IMG/VR virus record: IMGVR_UViG_3300023174_000064
Span: 1-64,000 of that record
Strand: one strand, 5' to 3'
DNA: 64,000 nt
DNA from: a virus
In this document: piece after piece, positions 8,288 to 18,132 of the stretch
Layout of the letters: every line of letters starts with the position of its first letter
Position numbering within the stretch: the first letter of the stretch is position 1
Position numbers and translations under genes: made by a program
Notes under the pieces: model-generated
Databases searched by the model: none
Seen by the model: the letters and a program-made list of their open reading frames with translations, nothing else
Told to the model about the DNA's origin: nothing

Positions 8288-8290
8288 AAT

Positions 8291-8539
8291 TTAAACTACG
8301 CCGTAGGCGGTAAGACCACTGACAGAAATTACTTGATTTGCAATAATTGGTAAAATAGTAGAAGTACCAGTTAAACCGGTATTAGTTAAAGTTACTCCAC
8401 TACCATCAGAAAATTTAAGACCAATTGAATTGGTAGATGAAATGTATGATAAAAAAAGTCCTCTATGAGGAGCCACTATACTAGTTCCGGCGGTTATTCC
8501 AAATACTTTTTGATAAGATGCAGGTGTAATTGCTTTCAT
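8291..8539 (-). CDS. Small beta-rich virion-type protein
   Basis: TATAAATA 8545-8552 5 nt before ATG; G/T/S-rich with GIT, GVT, GLT, GLT. Confidence 0.65.
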   Translation of the reverse strand: MKAITPASYQKVFGITAGTSIVAPHRGLFLSYISSTNSIGLKFSDGSGVTLTNTGLTGTSTILPIIANQVISVSGLTAYGVV

Positions 8540-8603
8540 GTAAGTATTTATAACAGTTATTTTTTTACCATCATATATAATATAGTGATTATTTTATACA
8601 ATT

Positions 8604-9260
8604 ATGAACAATAAAACTTTTACCCATAAATTAGTAAATTTGCAGCAAGGTGAACGAGTAGACGGGTTTTATCAAACTCCAGACGGCAGATTTCCCAGTG
8701 TAACAACTGTGGTAGGCTGGAAAAAGAATCAGTTTTTTGCCGAATGGCGCAAAAAGAATCCTAAAGAAGCTGCCCGTACCAGAACCCGTGGCACCAAGCT
8801 GCACTCTTTAATTGAAACTTATCTGTTAAATGAACCTAAATTTAAAGATCAAGACCCATACACTTTAGATCTTTTTAATCAAATTCAAACAGAAATTGAC
8901 AAAATTGACAACATTTACGCAATTGAAGGCTTTCTTTGGAGCAAGCCGTTACGCATGGCAGGCCGATCTGACTGTATTGCAGACTATAATGGGATTCCCA
9001 GTGTGATCGACTTTAAAGGAAGCACCAGACCCAAACAAAAAGACGACATTCACAGTTACTTTCTACAAGCCACTGCATACGCTGAAATGTGGAAAGAACG
9101 CACTGGGCAACCAATAACACAGATTGTTATCTTAATTTCATGTGATGATGGTACCACTCAGGTGTTTGTGGAGAACACCAAAAATTACAAAAAAGCACTT
9201 GCTGTAGCAATTAAAGAATGGAGAGACGAATATGAACCTAGACAATGTAAACAAGCGTAA
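8604..9260 (+). CDS. PD-(D/E)XK Cas4-like exonuclease of T4-like phages
   Basis: FPSVTTV, RGTKLH, E..L.S..LRMAGRSDCIA, VIDFK, YFLQATAYAEM. Confidence 0.9.
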   Translation: MNNKTFTHKLVNLQQGERVDGFYQTPDGRFPSVTTVVGWKKNQFFAEWRKKNPKEAARTRTRGTKLHSLIETYLLNEPKFKDQDPYTLDLFNQIQTEIDKIDNIYAIEGFLWSKPLRMAGRSDCIADYNGIPSVIDFKGSTRPKQKDDIHSYFLQATAYAEMWKERTGQPITQIVILISCDDGTTQVFVENTKNYKKALAVAIKEWRDEYEPRQCKQA

Positions 9261-9597
9261 TAGTAGAGAATGGTCACTTTTTAATGAAAATTCTCGCGGA
9301 GAAAACAATCGTGCCAGATTTGTTGAAAAATATGGTGGAGAATTTGTTAAAATTAACAAATCTTGGGTTTGGAACTCACGAGTAAAAAAGAAAATGGACT
9401 TTGCTCACACTAAAAAGAAACGAACCATTTATATTTTTACCGATAAAGATGGAATTAAGTATATTACAGACAATTTTACCAGTTTTTGTAAAGACAGAAA
9501 TATTAATGATGCTGCTATGTACGATGTTATTAATGGAAAACGAAAAAGCTTTAAAGGATTTACAGTTGAACGCATTCAACCAAAAGATCAAGCTTAA
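9232..9597 (+). CDS. Hypothetical protein with NUMOD-like C-terminal DNA-binding module
   Basis: DNFTSFCKDRNIN..AMYDVINGKRKSFKGF; GGAG SD; no nuclease motif. Confidence 0.55.
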   Translation: MNLDNVNKRNSREWSLFNENSRGENNRARFVEKYGGEFVKINKSWVWNSRVKKKMDFAHTKKKRTIYIFTDKDGIKYITDNFTSFCKDRNINDAAMYDVINGKRKSFKGFTVERIQPKDQA

Positions 9598-9620
9598 AAA
9601 TCCATAAATAACTGTACACT

Positions 9621-11987
9621 ATGCTTAATCAACCCAACTGGTTCAACGAATCTGAATACGCCGATTTTCTTGCCGAGTCTTCCATTCTTTGGGAGATGAA
9701 TGTTCCATATCAAAAACAAAAGTTTGAAAATCGAAAGAAAATGAGAAATTTTGAACGTGAGACTGCCATCCGTAAAGGCCGTTTAAAGTCTGAACTCACC
9801 AGAGAGTTGTATCAAGCAAAGGCTAAAGGTATTCGTATGGGATTAGGTGAACAATTTAAACAAACATTAATGGATAATTTTTTTAATAAATTAATGGAAG
9901 CTAAAACTGCAATCAAAGCAGAAAAGTCCAGAATGCGTCCAGAAGTGGATCCAGCAGATAAAGAAAGAGACAGAAAACGAGAAGACAGACGACAAGAAGC
10001 ACAAAAAAATCCACTGTCTAATGTGATAATTGTTAAAAATAAAAAATTAAATAAAGTAGAAATTATCACCAAAGAAGATTTTAATTCAAAAACTCACGAA
10101 TTACTTAAAGGAAAAGTAAAAAATATGGATAAAGGAAGTGTCTCTAAAGCAGATCTGAGACATTATTCTGAAATGGATAATTTTATGACTACCAAGACTT
10201 CTATTAAACTACTTGGTAAAAAAGAAAAACAACAAACCAAAAAGAAAACACCAAAACAATCTGGTGAAAATTCACAAGAAACAAAAAGTGAAACTCCCCC
10301 ACCACCAACACCACGAGTTCCTAAAGACGGCAAAGAAATAACTGATCCAGATTCCACATATCCGGATTGGGATCATACTATTGCACAATTTACAAATTAT
10401 ATTCCTGATGCATTAAATACCATTACAGGAAAACCAGTTTCTCCAGAATATCAACAAATAATATCTGTTAGTAGAACTTTAGGTGATTCTTTAAACAGAT
10501 TTACCAGAGAACTACTACAAACTTTTCCACAAGTCAGTGAGATGAAATTTGAAAAAACAGAACTAGTAATGCCTACTGGAAAAATGTGGTCTAAATCTGG
10601 TATTCCTGAGACTTCTCCTAATGCTAATATTATTGGAGTTGGGCCAGATCAAACTTTGGGATTTTCTATTAAAATAGGTGAACAATTATCTCCAACAAAT
10701 AGAGGAGAAGCTGGTCAGGTTCTGAACAGTATTCTTGCTTCTGATTCTGAAGGAAAATATGCTCAAATATTTTCTTTGATGTTTGCTGATTTTATTTTGG
10801 AATTACGAAAGAAATTTTCTTTTGTTAACATGTATGCTCCTTCTACTCAAGTAGAAACACAAGGATCCATAACGATTGCAAGACAAAGATGGGATCGAGA
10901 AAACACAGAAAACAATCAAAAAACCTTTACAAATTCTTGTGGAGATTTTATTGAGAAGTTTTTAAATGATAATATAGATTTAAAAACTGCATTTTTATAT
11001 GAATCTCTGTCAGGCAATTTAAAATTTGATAAAAATCCAGGTTCTGCTCAAGTATTACTGAGTTCCAAAAAAGACGGTTCTGATCTTGCTGCTATTCCTT
11101 TGAACCAGGAATTTGCTTACGATCTTGCAAAATCTGATAGAACAGATTTGAATTTAAACTTTATTCAAACACCAAATTCTAGCAACGGATTTTATCAAAA
11201 TATAATGCAAAAATTTCGTACAGTTAATGAATCATCCATAGATGTCGTTATGGAGATGGAAAGACTTAAAAATAGTATTCCCGATCTTTTAACATTCATG
11301 AATTTGTTTGAGCTTAAATTAAATTCTGTTTCATACCGAACTCCAATTGTTTACTCTGATTTTTATTCTCCCGAATCAGACGTAAGTAATATAGTAACAA
11401 TAAATCAGGGCACAAACAGAGAAAAACAAATCAATATTCCTGTTAGAGCAACTTTTACTTCTGATGGTGAAGAAGAAAATATTATAGAAAAGGGTATTGA
11501 TCAAGTTCTTAATGAATATTTACTTTTAAATGATTATCTGGTTGAAAGTGTAAACGCAGATGAAATATCTTTAGAAGAAGCATGTGATTTTATCTGTGAA
11601 GAATTTAGTTTGATGGAAAAAAGAAATTATCGCAAAGAATACGACAATTACCACGCAAAACCAGAACAAAGAAAAAATCGTAGCAAACGAGTTCTTGCCA
11701 ACAGAATAATGAAAAAAAAGGGTAAAATTCGTAAAGGCGATGGTAATGATACTCATCATAAAGATGGCAACCCTCAAAATAATAGTGTTGACAATTTAAA
11801 AGTAATATCTAAATCAAAAAATCGCAGCATGAACGAAGATCATGGTGCAGGATTTGAAGGTACTCCTGAATTGGTAAATAAATTGCTTCAAGACACTCCC
11901 GGCTCTAATGACCCATTTGTTGGCATGAAAAGTATTCCCTACTTGGAAAGTCGTTTAAACAAGAAACTTAAAGCCAAAAAGAAGTAA
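9621..11987 (+). CDS. Large putative head-internal polyprotein with C-terminal HNH domain
   Basis: ATAAATA 9604-9610; KRNYRKEY...KGDGNDTHHKDGNPQNNSVDNLKVISKSKNRS (HNH) bounded by LME and MNE. Confidence 0.7.
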   Translation: MLNQPNWFNESEYADFLAESSILWEMNVPYQKQKFENRKKMRNFERETAIRKGRLKSELTRELYQAKAKGIRMGLGEQFKQTLMDNFFNKLMEAKTAIKAEKSRMRPEVDPADKERDRKREDRRQEAQKNPLSNVIIVKNKKLNKVEIITKEDFNSKTHELLKGKVKNMDKGSVSKADLRHYSEMDNFMTTKTSIKLLGKKEKQQTKKKTPKQSGENSQETKSETPPPPTPRVPKDGKEITDPDSTYPDWDHTIAQFTNYIPDALNTITGKPVSPEYQQIISVSRTLGDSLNRFTRELLQTFPQVSEMKFEKTELVMPTGKMWSKSGIPETSPNANIIGVGPDQTLGFSIKIGEQLSPTNRGEAGQVLNSILASDSEGKYAQIFSLMFADFILELRKKFSFVNMYAPSTQVETQGSITIARQRWDRENTENNQKTFTNSCGDFIEKFLNDNIDLKTAFLYESLSGNLKFDKNPGSAQVLLSSKKDGSDLAAIPLNQEFAYDLAKSDRTDLNLNFIQTPNSSNGFYQNIMQKFRTVNESSIDVVMEMERLKNSIPDLLTFMNLFELKLNSVSYRTPIVYSDFYSPESDVSNIVTINQGTNREKQINIPVRATFTSDGEEENIIEKGIDQVLNEYLLLNDYLVESVNADEISLEEACDFICEEFSLMEKRNYRKEYDNYHAKPEQRKNRSKRVLANRIMKKKGKIRKGDGNDTHHKDGNPQNNSVDNLKVISKSKNRSMNEDHGAGFEGTPELVNKLLQDTPGSNDPFVGMKSIPYLESRLNKKLKAKKK

Positions 11988-11996
11988 AGGTGTTCA

Positions 11997-12629
11997 ATGA
12001 TTGACGGTCATTTTAGCTTTTCCCAAGATTTTGTTAAAGTATTTGAAGCTTATTCGGCATATGTTGCAGTGGCATGTGCAATGATGTTTGGTGTTTGGAA
12101 AGCATGGACCAAATACAGTAAAGACCGAGAAAATAATGATAACTCTTTCATCACGGTACACGGCGAAATACATGAAGTTCTAACAGAACTCAGAGTATTA
12201 ACAGACTCGGCCAGAGCTCAAGTAATCCAATTTCACAACGGCGAATACTTCATGGATGGTGTATCCATGAGAAAATTTAGTATTACACACGAGTCGTTAG
12301 AAAAAGGAATCGAATCAGACGCCAATCGAATCAAAGGTGTTCTTTGCTCTATGTTTATTCCTTTGCTTAATTTGGTATTAGAAGACAGCCCCCGAATCCA
12401 TTACACAGTAGATCTTAAAAACTCCTACTTGAAACAATACTTGGAATCTCGTAGCGTGGAAGCTTTCAGTGTACTTCCTATTAAGATTCAAAACCAAACA
12501 ACCGGATTTGTAATGGTTCAGTGGTGTAGTGGTCTGAAAGCTGAAAGAATTGATGAAACATTTACTGTAAATGAATTAACCAAGATTCGTAATCAAATTA
12601 CGGCTCAACTAGGACAGCAAAAGCGATGA
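11997..12629 (+). CDS. Single-TM membrane protein with GAF-like C-terminal domain (T4 T-holin-like architecture)
   Basis: TM AYSAYVAVACAMMFGVW; ELRVLTDSARAQVIQFHNG...SITHE...VLPIK...GFVMVQW; 210 aa. Confidence 0.45.
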   Translation: MIDGHFSFSQDFVKVFEAYSAYVAVACAMMFGVWKAWTKYSKDRENNDNSFITVHGEIHEVLTELRVLTDSARAQVIQFHNGEYFMDGVSMRKFSITHESLEKGIESDANRIKGVLCSMFIPLLNLVLEDSPRIHYTVDLKNSYLKQYLESRSVEAFSVLPIKIQNQTTGFVMVQWCSGLKAERIDETFTVNELTKIRNQITAQLGQQKR

Positions 12630-13828
12630 GATTAAACGAAGTATATAAAGATTCCGGATTAGGAAAATGGTTCCATAAACAGTCTGCAACCAAAGAACCT
12701 GGTTGGGATAGATACAATAGTACTGGAAAGCGTGTAGGCAAATGTGGTGATGCCAAAGAAGGCGAATCGTATTCTGCCTGCCTTTCAAAACAAAAGGCCC
12801 AAAAATTAGGTAAAGACGGAATTGGTAGTTTTGTGAAAAGAAAACGAGAAGCACAAAGCGATGCTGGTAGAGGTAAAAAAGGAACAGGTTCTAAAGGAAA
12901 AAAACCAATATTTGTTGAAACCGGTGCAGCAAAGAAAAAGGTAAACGAATCTATGCAAAATACAAATGAAGATTGTGGTTGCGAACACAACGATAAAAAA
13001 TTTAATCTAATGAATAAGATTAAACAAAACATGAAGAAAAAGCTTTTAAAAGAACAAGCTAGTTTTGAAATGTGGAAAAAAAACAATTCAAATATTCAAG
13101 TAACAAAAGAATGTATGGATTTTACTGAATTAGATCTTATGTCGTTTCGTGGTAAAAAAACTTTGGTAGAAACACATAACGGAAATCATTACGGTACTCT
13201 TGGTATTTTTAAAAAGAATTTTGCTTTGTTTGAAGACGGCGAAATCAGCAAAGTGATTGATCCAGCAGAAGTAACAAAGGTTGTATGTGAAGATACACGA
13301 GTTGTAATTTTGGAAAAGAATGTTCCAAACGATTCTAAAAAATGGTCGAATTGTAAGAGTCAAGCAAAAAGTAAATTTGATGTTTATCCAAGTGCGTATG
13401 CAAACGCATGGGCATCAAAATGTTACAAGAAAAAAGGCGGAACTTGGAAGAAAGTAAACGAAGAATTGGACAATAAAATGAAGAACTTAAAAGAAGAAAT
13501 ATCAAAAGAAACGGCAAAATCTGATATAGATTTAATCTTAAGAGAACGATTAAAACATCGTTTTTTTGGTCAAATTTCTGAAGATATTGTAAATAAAGAC
13601 AATAAAGGCAAATTGACTCCACAAAAAACAAATCCTAGAGCCAAAAGTCGAGATAAAATTCGTGAAAAGGTGAAAGATCGAGCCAAAGTGGTAACTGGCC
13701 CTAAAGACAAAAATGGCAATAAAATAAGAGACGACACCCCAGAAGAAGCCGGTTATCGTTTAGCAACCTTTATTGAATTAAAGAAAAAAGGCAAATTGAA
13801 GTCTGATAAAAAGAAAAACAAGAAATAA
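12626..13828 (+). CDS. Basic multi-module putative head-internal protein
   Basis: MRLNE start; GLGKWF..W...CG...C module and KFDVYPSAYANAW..CYKKKGGTW module separated by VNE/LKE/LVE/ILE sites. Confidence 0.65.
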   Translation: MRLNEVYKDSGLGKWFHKQSATKEPGWDRYNSTGKRVGKCGDAKEGESYSACLSKQKAQKLGKDGIGSFVKRKREAQSDAGRGKKGTGSKGKKPIFVETGAAKKKVNESMQNTNEDCGCEHNDKKFNLMNKIKQNMKKKLLKEQASFEMWKKNNSNIQVTKECMDFTELDLMSFRGKKTLVETHNGNHYGTLGIFKKNFALFEDGEISKVIDPAEVTKVVCEDTRVVILEKNVPNDSKKWSNCKSQAKSKFDVYPSAYANAWASKCYKKKGGTWKKVNEELDNKMKNLKEEISKETAKSDIDLILRERLKHRFFGQISEDIVNKDNKGKLTPQKTNPRAKSRDKIREKVKDRAKVVTGPKDKNGNKIRDDTPEEAGYRLATFIELKKKGKLKSDKKKNKK

Positions 13829-13855
13829 AAACTAATAAATAAGGTGGAGACTTAA

Positions 13856-14383
13856 ATGAAAAAGTTTAAACAACTAAAACAACAATTAACAGAAGACGCT
13901 TATATGGATGGTGGAGCTCTAGGTGGCTTTCCTGCTCAAAAATCAACCAGAAGTGCGTTCAGCGATTTTGGTGTTCATCGTATAGAACACGACGATCAAT
14001 TAAAAAGACTACAAGCATTTGTAAACGCTTTTACTAGCCGTGAGTATCTTGAACCACGTGCTGCTTTATCTTTATTACGAGTAAAGTTAAATCTTGCTGG
14101 TTTTGATTTTGATTTCAACAAAAATACAGTAGTTCAAACCAACACACCAACCATCTTTAAATTAAAAAGATTTGGTGGAACTTTTGGTAAAACTTTAACT
14201 ACTCCACACAATGAATTTCAGACTACTGATGGATTTGAAGACATCTTAGACGGAAAGCATCTTGCATTACATACAGTTTTACATGAAGCACCATCCGGTT
14301 TATATAAATTAGAAATCCAAATTATCAAATATTCAAACACACCAGAAGAAGAAATAGAAGATAATTCCTTTAAATTAGATTGA
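13856..14383 (+). CDS. Conserved T4-like late hypothetical protein
   Basis: ATAAATA 13835-13841, GGAG SD; MKKFKQLKQQLTE capsid-targeting-like N-terminus. Confidence 0.7.
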   Translation: MKKFKQLKQQLTEDAYMDGGALGGFPAQKSTRSAFSDFGVHRIEHDDQLKRLQAFVNAFTSREYLEPRAALSLLRVKLNLAGFDFDFNKNTVVQTNTPTIFKLKRFGGTFGKTLTTPHNEFQTTDGFEDILDGKHLALHTVLHEAPSGLYKLEIQIIKYSNTPEEEIEDNSFKLD

Positions 14384-14384
14384 A

Positions 14385-14765
14385 ATGTTGCGTAATCCTT
14401 TGAGTGAAGATAATTTTTTACTTTATGCTATTAAAATGTACGACAATCCCAATTCAAATGGGATTGGAGAATTTTATGAAGATTTAAATCGCATAAAATA
14501 CATTAAAAGATTATTCAACAAATACAGCTGTAAAAAGCCTTTAAAGGATCGATTGGTGTTAAATCATATTTTAATTTTAAACAATGTTTTTGGAGCAGAA
14601 GCTTGTTCTAGAATATTGTTTTATAAAATAGAACCAAAATATTATTCCTATTTAAAAACATTCTTATCATTTCTTCAAATTTTACCTAAATCAATACCAG
14701 AAACTAAAATAGACGAGATTCCATTAGATCACAGAATAATGCAAGCTCTGAAAGAAATCAAATGA
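14385..14765 (+). CDS. Conserved T4-like hypothetical protein
   Basis: LSEDNFLLYAIKMYDNP...EFYEDLNRIKYIKRL...RLVLNHILILNNVFG, widespread in T4-like/cyanophage genomes. Confidence 0.8.
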   Translation: MLRNPLSEDNFLLYAIKMYDNPNSNGIGEFYEDLNRIKYIKRLFNKYSCKKPLKDRLVLNHILILNNVFGAEACSRILFYKIEPKYYSYLKTFLSFLQILPKSIPETKIDEIPLDHRIMQALKEIK

Positions 14766-15136
14766 CAAGCTTAAGTAACATAATAACATGTTTTACCGCC
14801 TCTAAATTTATTGAGGAAGTTACTAAACCAAACTATCGCAATTCTTTAATTGAAACCACTTTATTTGAATTTTCACAAGAGTGTGAACAATTAGGCGGAA
14901 ATAGTGACCTGTTTATACAGATTGCTACCAGAGAATTGGATGCGTGTAGACTATTAGAACAAGAAGGTGGAGCAGCTCCAATCACCAATTCTGTTGGTGG
15001 TGGCGGTATTGCTGGCATGAAACCAGACGATCTGGCAGTTCCAGTGGAAGCTCAAAAACGCCATACATCCAGAAACTCTATATTTAAGCGTAAGAAGCCT
15101 AATACATACTTTAAGGATAAAGATAACAGTTATTGA
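14762..15136 (+). CDS. Hypothetical late protein
   Basis: ATGA coupling; LLEQEGGAAPITNSVGGGGIAG motif typical of T4-like head-region genes. Confidence 0.65.
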   Translation: MTSLSNIITCFTASKFIEEVTKPNYRNSLIETTLFEFSQECEQLGGNSDLFIQIATRELDACRLLEQEGGAAPITNSVGGGGIAGMKPDDLAVPVEAQKRHTSRNSIFKRKKPNTYFKDKDNSY

Positions 15137-15148
15137 GAAAGGATTGTT

Positions 15149-15586
15149 ATGATTGCACCAGAATTATTATCGTTGATTGGTGGCGGGGCTGCTGGATTCC
15201 TTTTCCGTTACATGGCCCAAAAGGCTCAAGACCAAAAGGAAATGTTCCAGCAAATGATGGCTGCCAACAAGCAGACCACTGAAAACCAAACGGCAGCAGC
15301 TGAACGAGTACCACTAGACGTAGGTAAGTTTGTCCGACAACTCATCGTGCTGTCTGTACTGTTTGGTTCAATTCTTGCACCGTTTGTTCTTCCCTTCTTT
15401 GGTATTCCAACCTTTGTGGAAGTAGACGCCAAGACCCCAGAAGGACTGTTTGGTTTAGTACCAGAGTCCACCAAGAAGTTCTTTGTGGAAGTAAACGGAT
15501 ACCTGTTTACCTCTGAAAGTCGTCAAGTACTATTGAGCATCGTAGGCTTCTACTTTGGTTCTGCTGCGGCATCCAACAAATCTTAA
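15149..15586 (+). CDS. Three-TM holin-like membrane protein
   Basis: Three hydrophobic segments, C-terminal IVGFYFGS; AAAGGA SD. Confidence 0.55.
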   Translation: MIAPELLSLIGGGAAGFLFRYMAQKAQDQKEMFQQMMAANKQTTENQTAAAERVPLDVGKFVRQLIVLSVLFGSILAPFVLPFFGIPTFVEVDAKTPEGLFGLVPESTKKFFVEVNGYLFTSESRQVLLSIVGFYFGSAAASNKS

Positions 15587-15596
15587 GGAGTATCCA

Positions 15597-15863
15597 ATGA
15601 AAATAATTACCACACTACTAACTACTTTATTCCTGGCAGCTTGCAACACAGCACCAGCTATTATTCCTGATACTACTTCGGATAATGTTATCATGAAAAA
15701 ACTTGATTACGATATCCAACATGGAGACAAGGTTTCCACCGGCTGGGGGTGGATTCTATGGTATCTACCAATAGTTGCTTTACTCATGGCATGGGCTTGG
15801 AGAAAGTACATTAAAGAGTGTCCAGAATGCGGAAAATCTGAGTCAAATACTCCAAATCCATAA
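15597..15863 (+). CDS. Lipoprotein with C-terminal TM (unimolecular-spanin-like topology)
   Basis: AAGGAG SD; MKIITTLLTTLFLAAC lipobox; WGWILWYLPIVALLMAWAW TM; CPEC tail. Confidence 0.55.
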   Translation: MKIITTLLTTLFLAACNTAPAIIPDTTSDNVIMKKLDYDIQHGDKVSTGWGWILWYLPIVALLMAWAWRKYIKECPECGKSESNTPNP

Positions 15864-15885
15864 ATAAAGAAAAAGGAATACCACC

Positions 15886-16611
15886 ATGGACCCAAGAATG
15901 ATGAACGCATGGCTGCAAAGCCAAACCCAAAAACAACAACAATCTACCCGCTCTTTTGAACTACAAAGACAAGGTATGGCTATTACTGAGCAACTTAATG
16001 CTCAGGAAGAAAAGTATGCTAAATCCCATAAGAGCATGCTTAAAAGCATGATTAAGCAATACGGTGAACAAAAAGGTACCAGAGTATTTTACGCCAAGGT
16101 TCGTGAAGACGTAAAGAAGCTGAATGAAGGTAGGGTTATGCAGATACAGGATCGTTCAACTGGTCAATCAGCTCCTCTTCCATCTACAGATGAAATGATT
16201 AAACAAGGTGAAAAAACGGACGCTGAACTTCAAAATTTAATTAATAAGATGGATGAATATGGAATAGGAAGTAAACCAACTAAAACTAATAATCCTCCTC
16301 CAGCCCAACCATTACCTACCTCTCAAGATGGTTCTAATGTTGTACCAACTTCTCAAAAAGAAAGAAATACACCAGGTGGAGTAGGAGTCCCAAGCGATAT
16401 TCCAATGCCATATACTTCTGGTAATAAAAGACCACAACCTGCTCCACAACCTGCTCCACAACCTGCTCCACAACCTGCTCCACAACCTGCTCCACAACCT
16501 GCTCCAAGACCTCAAAGACCACAACCTCTTCCACAACCTGTTGCAACACCAAACTCCAAGCCAGGACTAAAGAACGATATTGATCGGATGACCGGTCGTG
16601 GTTTATATTAA
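15886..16611 (+). CDS. Pro/Gln-rich putative head-internal protein
   Basis: ATAAATA 15860-15866, AAGGA SD; ITE/LNE sites; PQPA repeats. Confidence 0.65.
   Translation: MDPRMMNAWLQSQTQKQQQSTRSFELQRQGMAITEQLNAQEEKYAKSHKSMLKSMIKQYGEQKGTRVFYAKVREDVKKLNEGRVMQIQDRSTGQSAPLPSTDEMIKQGEKTDAELQNLINKMDEYGIGSKPTKTNNPPPAQPLPTSQDGSNVVPTSQKERNTPGGVGVPSDIPMPYTSGNKRPQPAPQPAPQPAPQPAPQPAPQPAPRPQRPQPLPQPVATPNSKPGLKNDIDRMTGRGLY
16432..16503 (+). repeat. In-frame 12-bp tandem repeat x6 (PQPA)
   Basis: CCACAACCTGCT x6. Confidence 0.95.
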
Positions 16612-16629
16612 TTTATAATAATAAAATAT

Positions 16630-16661
16630 AAAAACCTCCGACCTAAAAATCGGAGGTTTTT
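16630..16661. terminator. Bidirectional intrinsic terminator
   Basis: AAAAACCTCCGA-cctaaaaa-TCGGAGGTTTTT between convergent genes. Confidence 0.85.
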
Positions 16662-17217
16662 ATTTTAGCCCTTTTAATTTTAAGTAAAGAGCCTTACAGA
16701 TAAAGTATGAGTCCACAATATCAGATACTGGATTTCCAATATCCTTTTTGCCAGGACTAATAACATTTTGTAAATTCACAAACGTTTCTTTGAGAAATGC
16801 ATTGTACATCTCTTCTTTGTTGGCATTACCTTTACCAGACGCTTGTTTCTTGATGGCACTGGGTGGAATTACTTCTACCGGTATGCCGGTTTGATGTAAA
16901 CGGTATTTTAGTACACCAGTATTTTCTGCAATATGGAACACTTTACCTTTGGCACCAAACGCGTATCCTTCAATTGCTACCTGTTCACAGCCTGTCAGGT
17001 AATCCATAGCCCAATCTGAAATGTTTTCGTATCTGGAGAAATCGCTATTCCAGTCATGGAACGCTTCTCCTTTGATATTGTTCATGAATAATCGTTGATT
17101 TTTCTTTACATCAGAAAGAAAGTAAAACGCACATCGTTTAAAGCAGAACGCTTCTTCCGAATTAAAAACACAGATGCTGGGACTTGTTAGGGAATAATCT
17201 ATACCTGCAATTAACAT
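16660..17217 (-). CDS. RuvC-like Holliday junction resolvase
   Basis: IAGIDYSLTSP, VAIEGYAF, AENTGVLK, PSAIKK..GKGNANKEEM, DIVDSY. Confidence 0.85.
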   Translation of the reverse strand: MLIAGIDYSLTSPSICVFNSEEAFCFKRCAFYFLSDVKKNQRLFMNNIKGEAFHDWNSDFSRYENISDWAMDYLTGCEQVAIEGYAFGAKGKVFHIAENTGVLKYRLHQTGIPVEVIPPSAIKKQASGKGNANKEEMYNAFLKETFVNLQNVISPGKKDIGNPVSDIVDSYFICKALYLKLKGLK

Positions 17218-17232
17218 GTACTATATTTAGGG

Positions 17233-17328
17233 TTAGAAACCCATAGCCCGAGCGATCAGCATTCCTAGTAGAACACTGATTGCACAAACCATAACTCGAT
17301 GAAAGTTATTCAGTTGAACATTGTTCAC
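17233..17328 (-). CDS. Small TM peptide (31 aa), below ORF-track cutoff
   Basis: AAGGAG 10 nt before GTG; (M)NNVQLNNFHRVMVCAISVLLGMLIARAMGF*. Confidence 0.5.
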   Translation of the reverse strand: MNNVQLNNFHRVMVCAISVLLGMLIARAMGF

Positions 17329-18076
17329 GATTCATCATCTCCTTAATCCAATCCGCATAACGATCCACGCGGATCGCTGATTGGTCAACCATAGTGTTGT
17401 CGATGATGCACATAGATGAAATAATACCTGCCAGACGACCACCATTTTCAAAAACAGCTCCACCTGAATCTCCAAACCAGATGTGTCCGTTTATTGGAAG
17501 AAACTTCATGTACTGAGGTTCTTCTTCCACAGTTCCGTAATACCAGAAGGTTCCTGGTTTGCTTACCTTTTTAATCTCATGAGAGAATCCCACAGTGGTA
17601 AGTGCTTCTCGTTGTGTTAGCTCAGACTTATCGTGTATTAACTGTGCTGGCTGCTCATCACATCCTTCCGTTAAAATTAATATTCCAATATCGTCTACCA
17701 CTTCTCCGTCTTTTCCGGTATATCCGGGGTGAATAATAGTCTTTTCTATCAGATAAGCTTTATCCTTGGTTATAAAATACTGCAAGGTATCGCCGTCAAT
17801 TACATGCCCTGCAGTGAGAACCACTGCAGGGGCAATCAGAACGCCACTTCCTATGAACTGGCCTTTCTGGTTGTGTACGTGCCCCACGCAACCAAACGTA
17901 TCTTTGGTATTGTGATTTACGACCTCGAATCCGGGGAATGGATCTGGCTTACTAATACCCTGTGGTATTTGAATGATTGCGGTGGGGGAGGGTGATTTGG
18001 AGACACTGGCATCTTTCTGGCATCCCATTTGGGCGGCTAGAATCACTGCTGAAAGGATTGCAGTGAGCTTCATCAT
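17306..18076 (-). CDS. Trypsin-like (S1) serine protease, predicted lipoprotein
   Basis: VLTAGH, DIGIL, GDSGG catalytic triad motifs; signal peptide ending AAQMGC. Confidence 0.85.
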   Translation of the reverse strand: MMKLTAILSAVILAAQMGCQKDASVSKSPSPTAIIQIPQGISKPDPFPGFEVVNHNTKDTFGCVGHVHNQKGQFIGSGVLIAPAVVLTAGHVIDGDTLQYFITKDKAYLIEKTIIHPGYTGKDGEVVDDIGILILTEGCDEQPAQLIHDKSELTQREALTTVGFSHEIKKVSKPGTFWYYGTVEEEPQYMKFLPINGHIWFGDSGGAVFENGGRLAGIISSMCIIDNTMVDQSAIRVDRYADWIKEMMNREQCSTE

Positions 18077-18132
18077 TACATAAATATGTATATCAGATAA
18101 CGGAAAAAAACCAAAGATTTTAAGGACTAACC

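Noticed and set aside
16312-16552. Minus-strand ORFs with WSRL/EQVV repeats (similarly 19466-19798, 32887-33327, 35364-35858)
   Set aside because: Antisense or alternate-frame readings of coding tandem repeats
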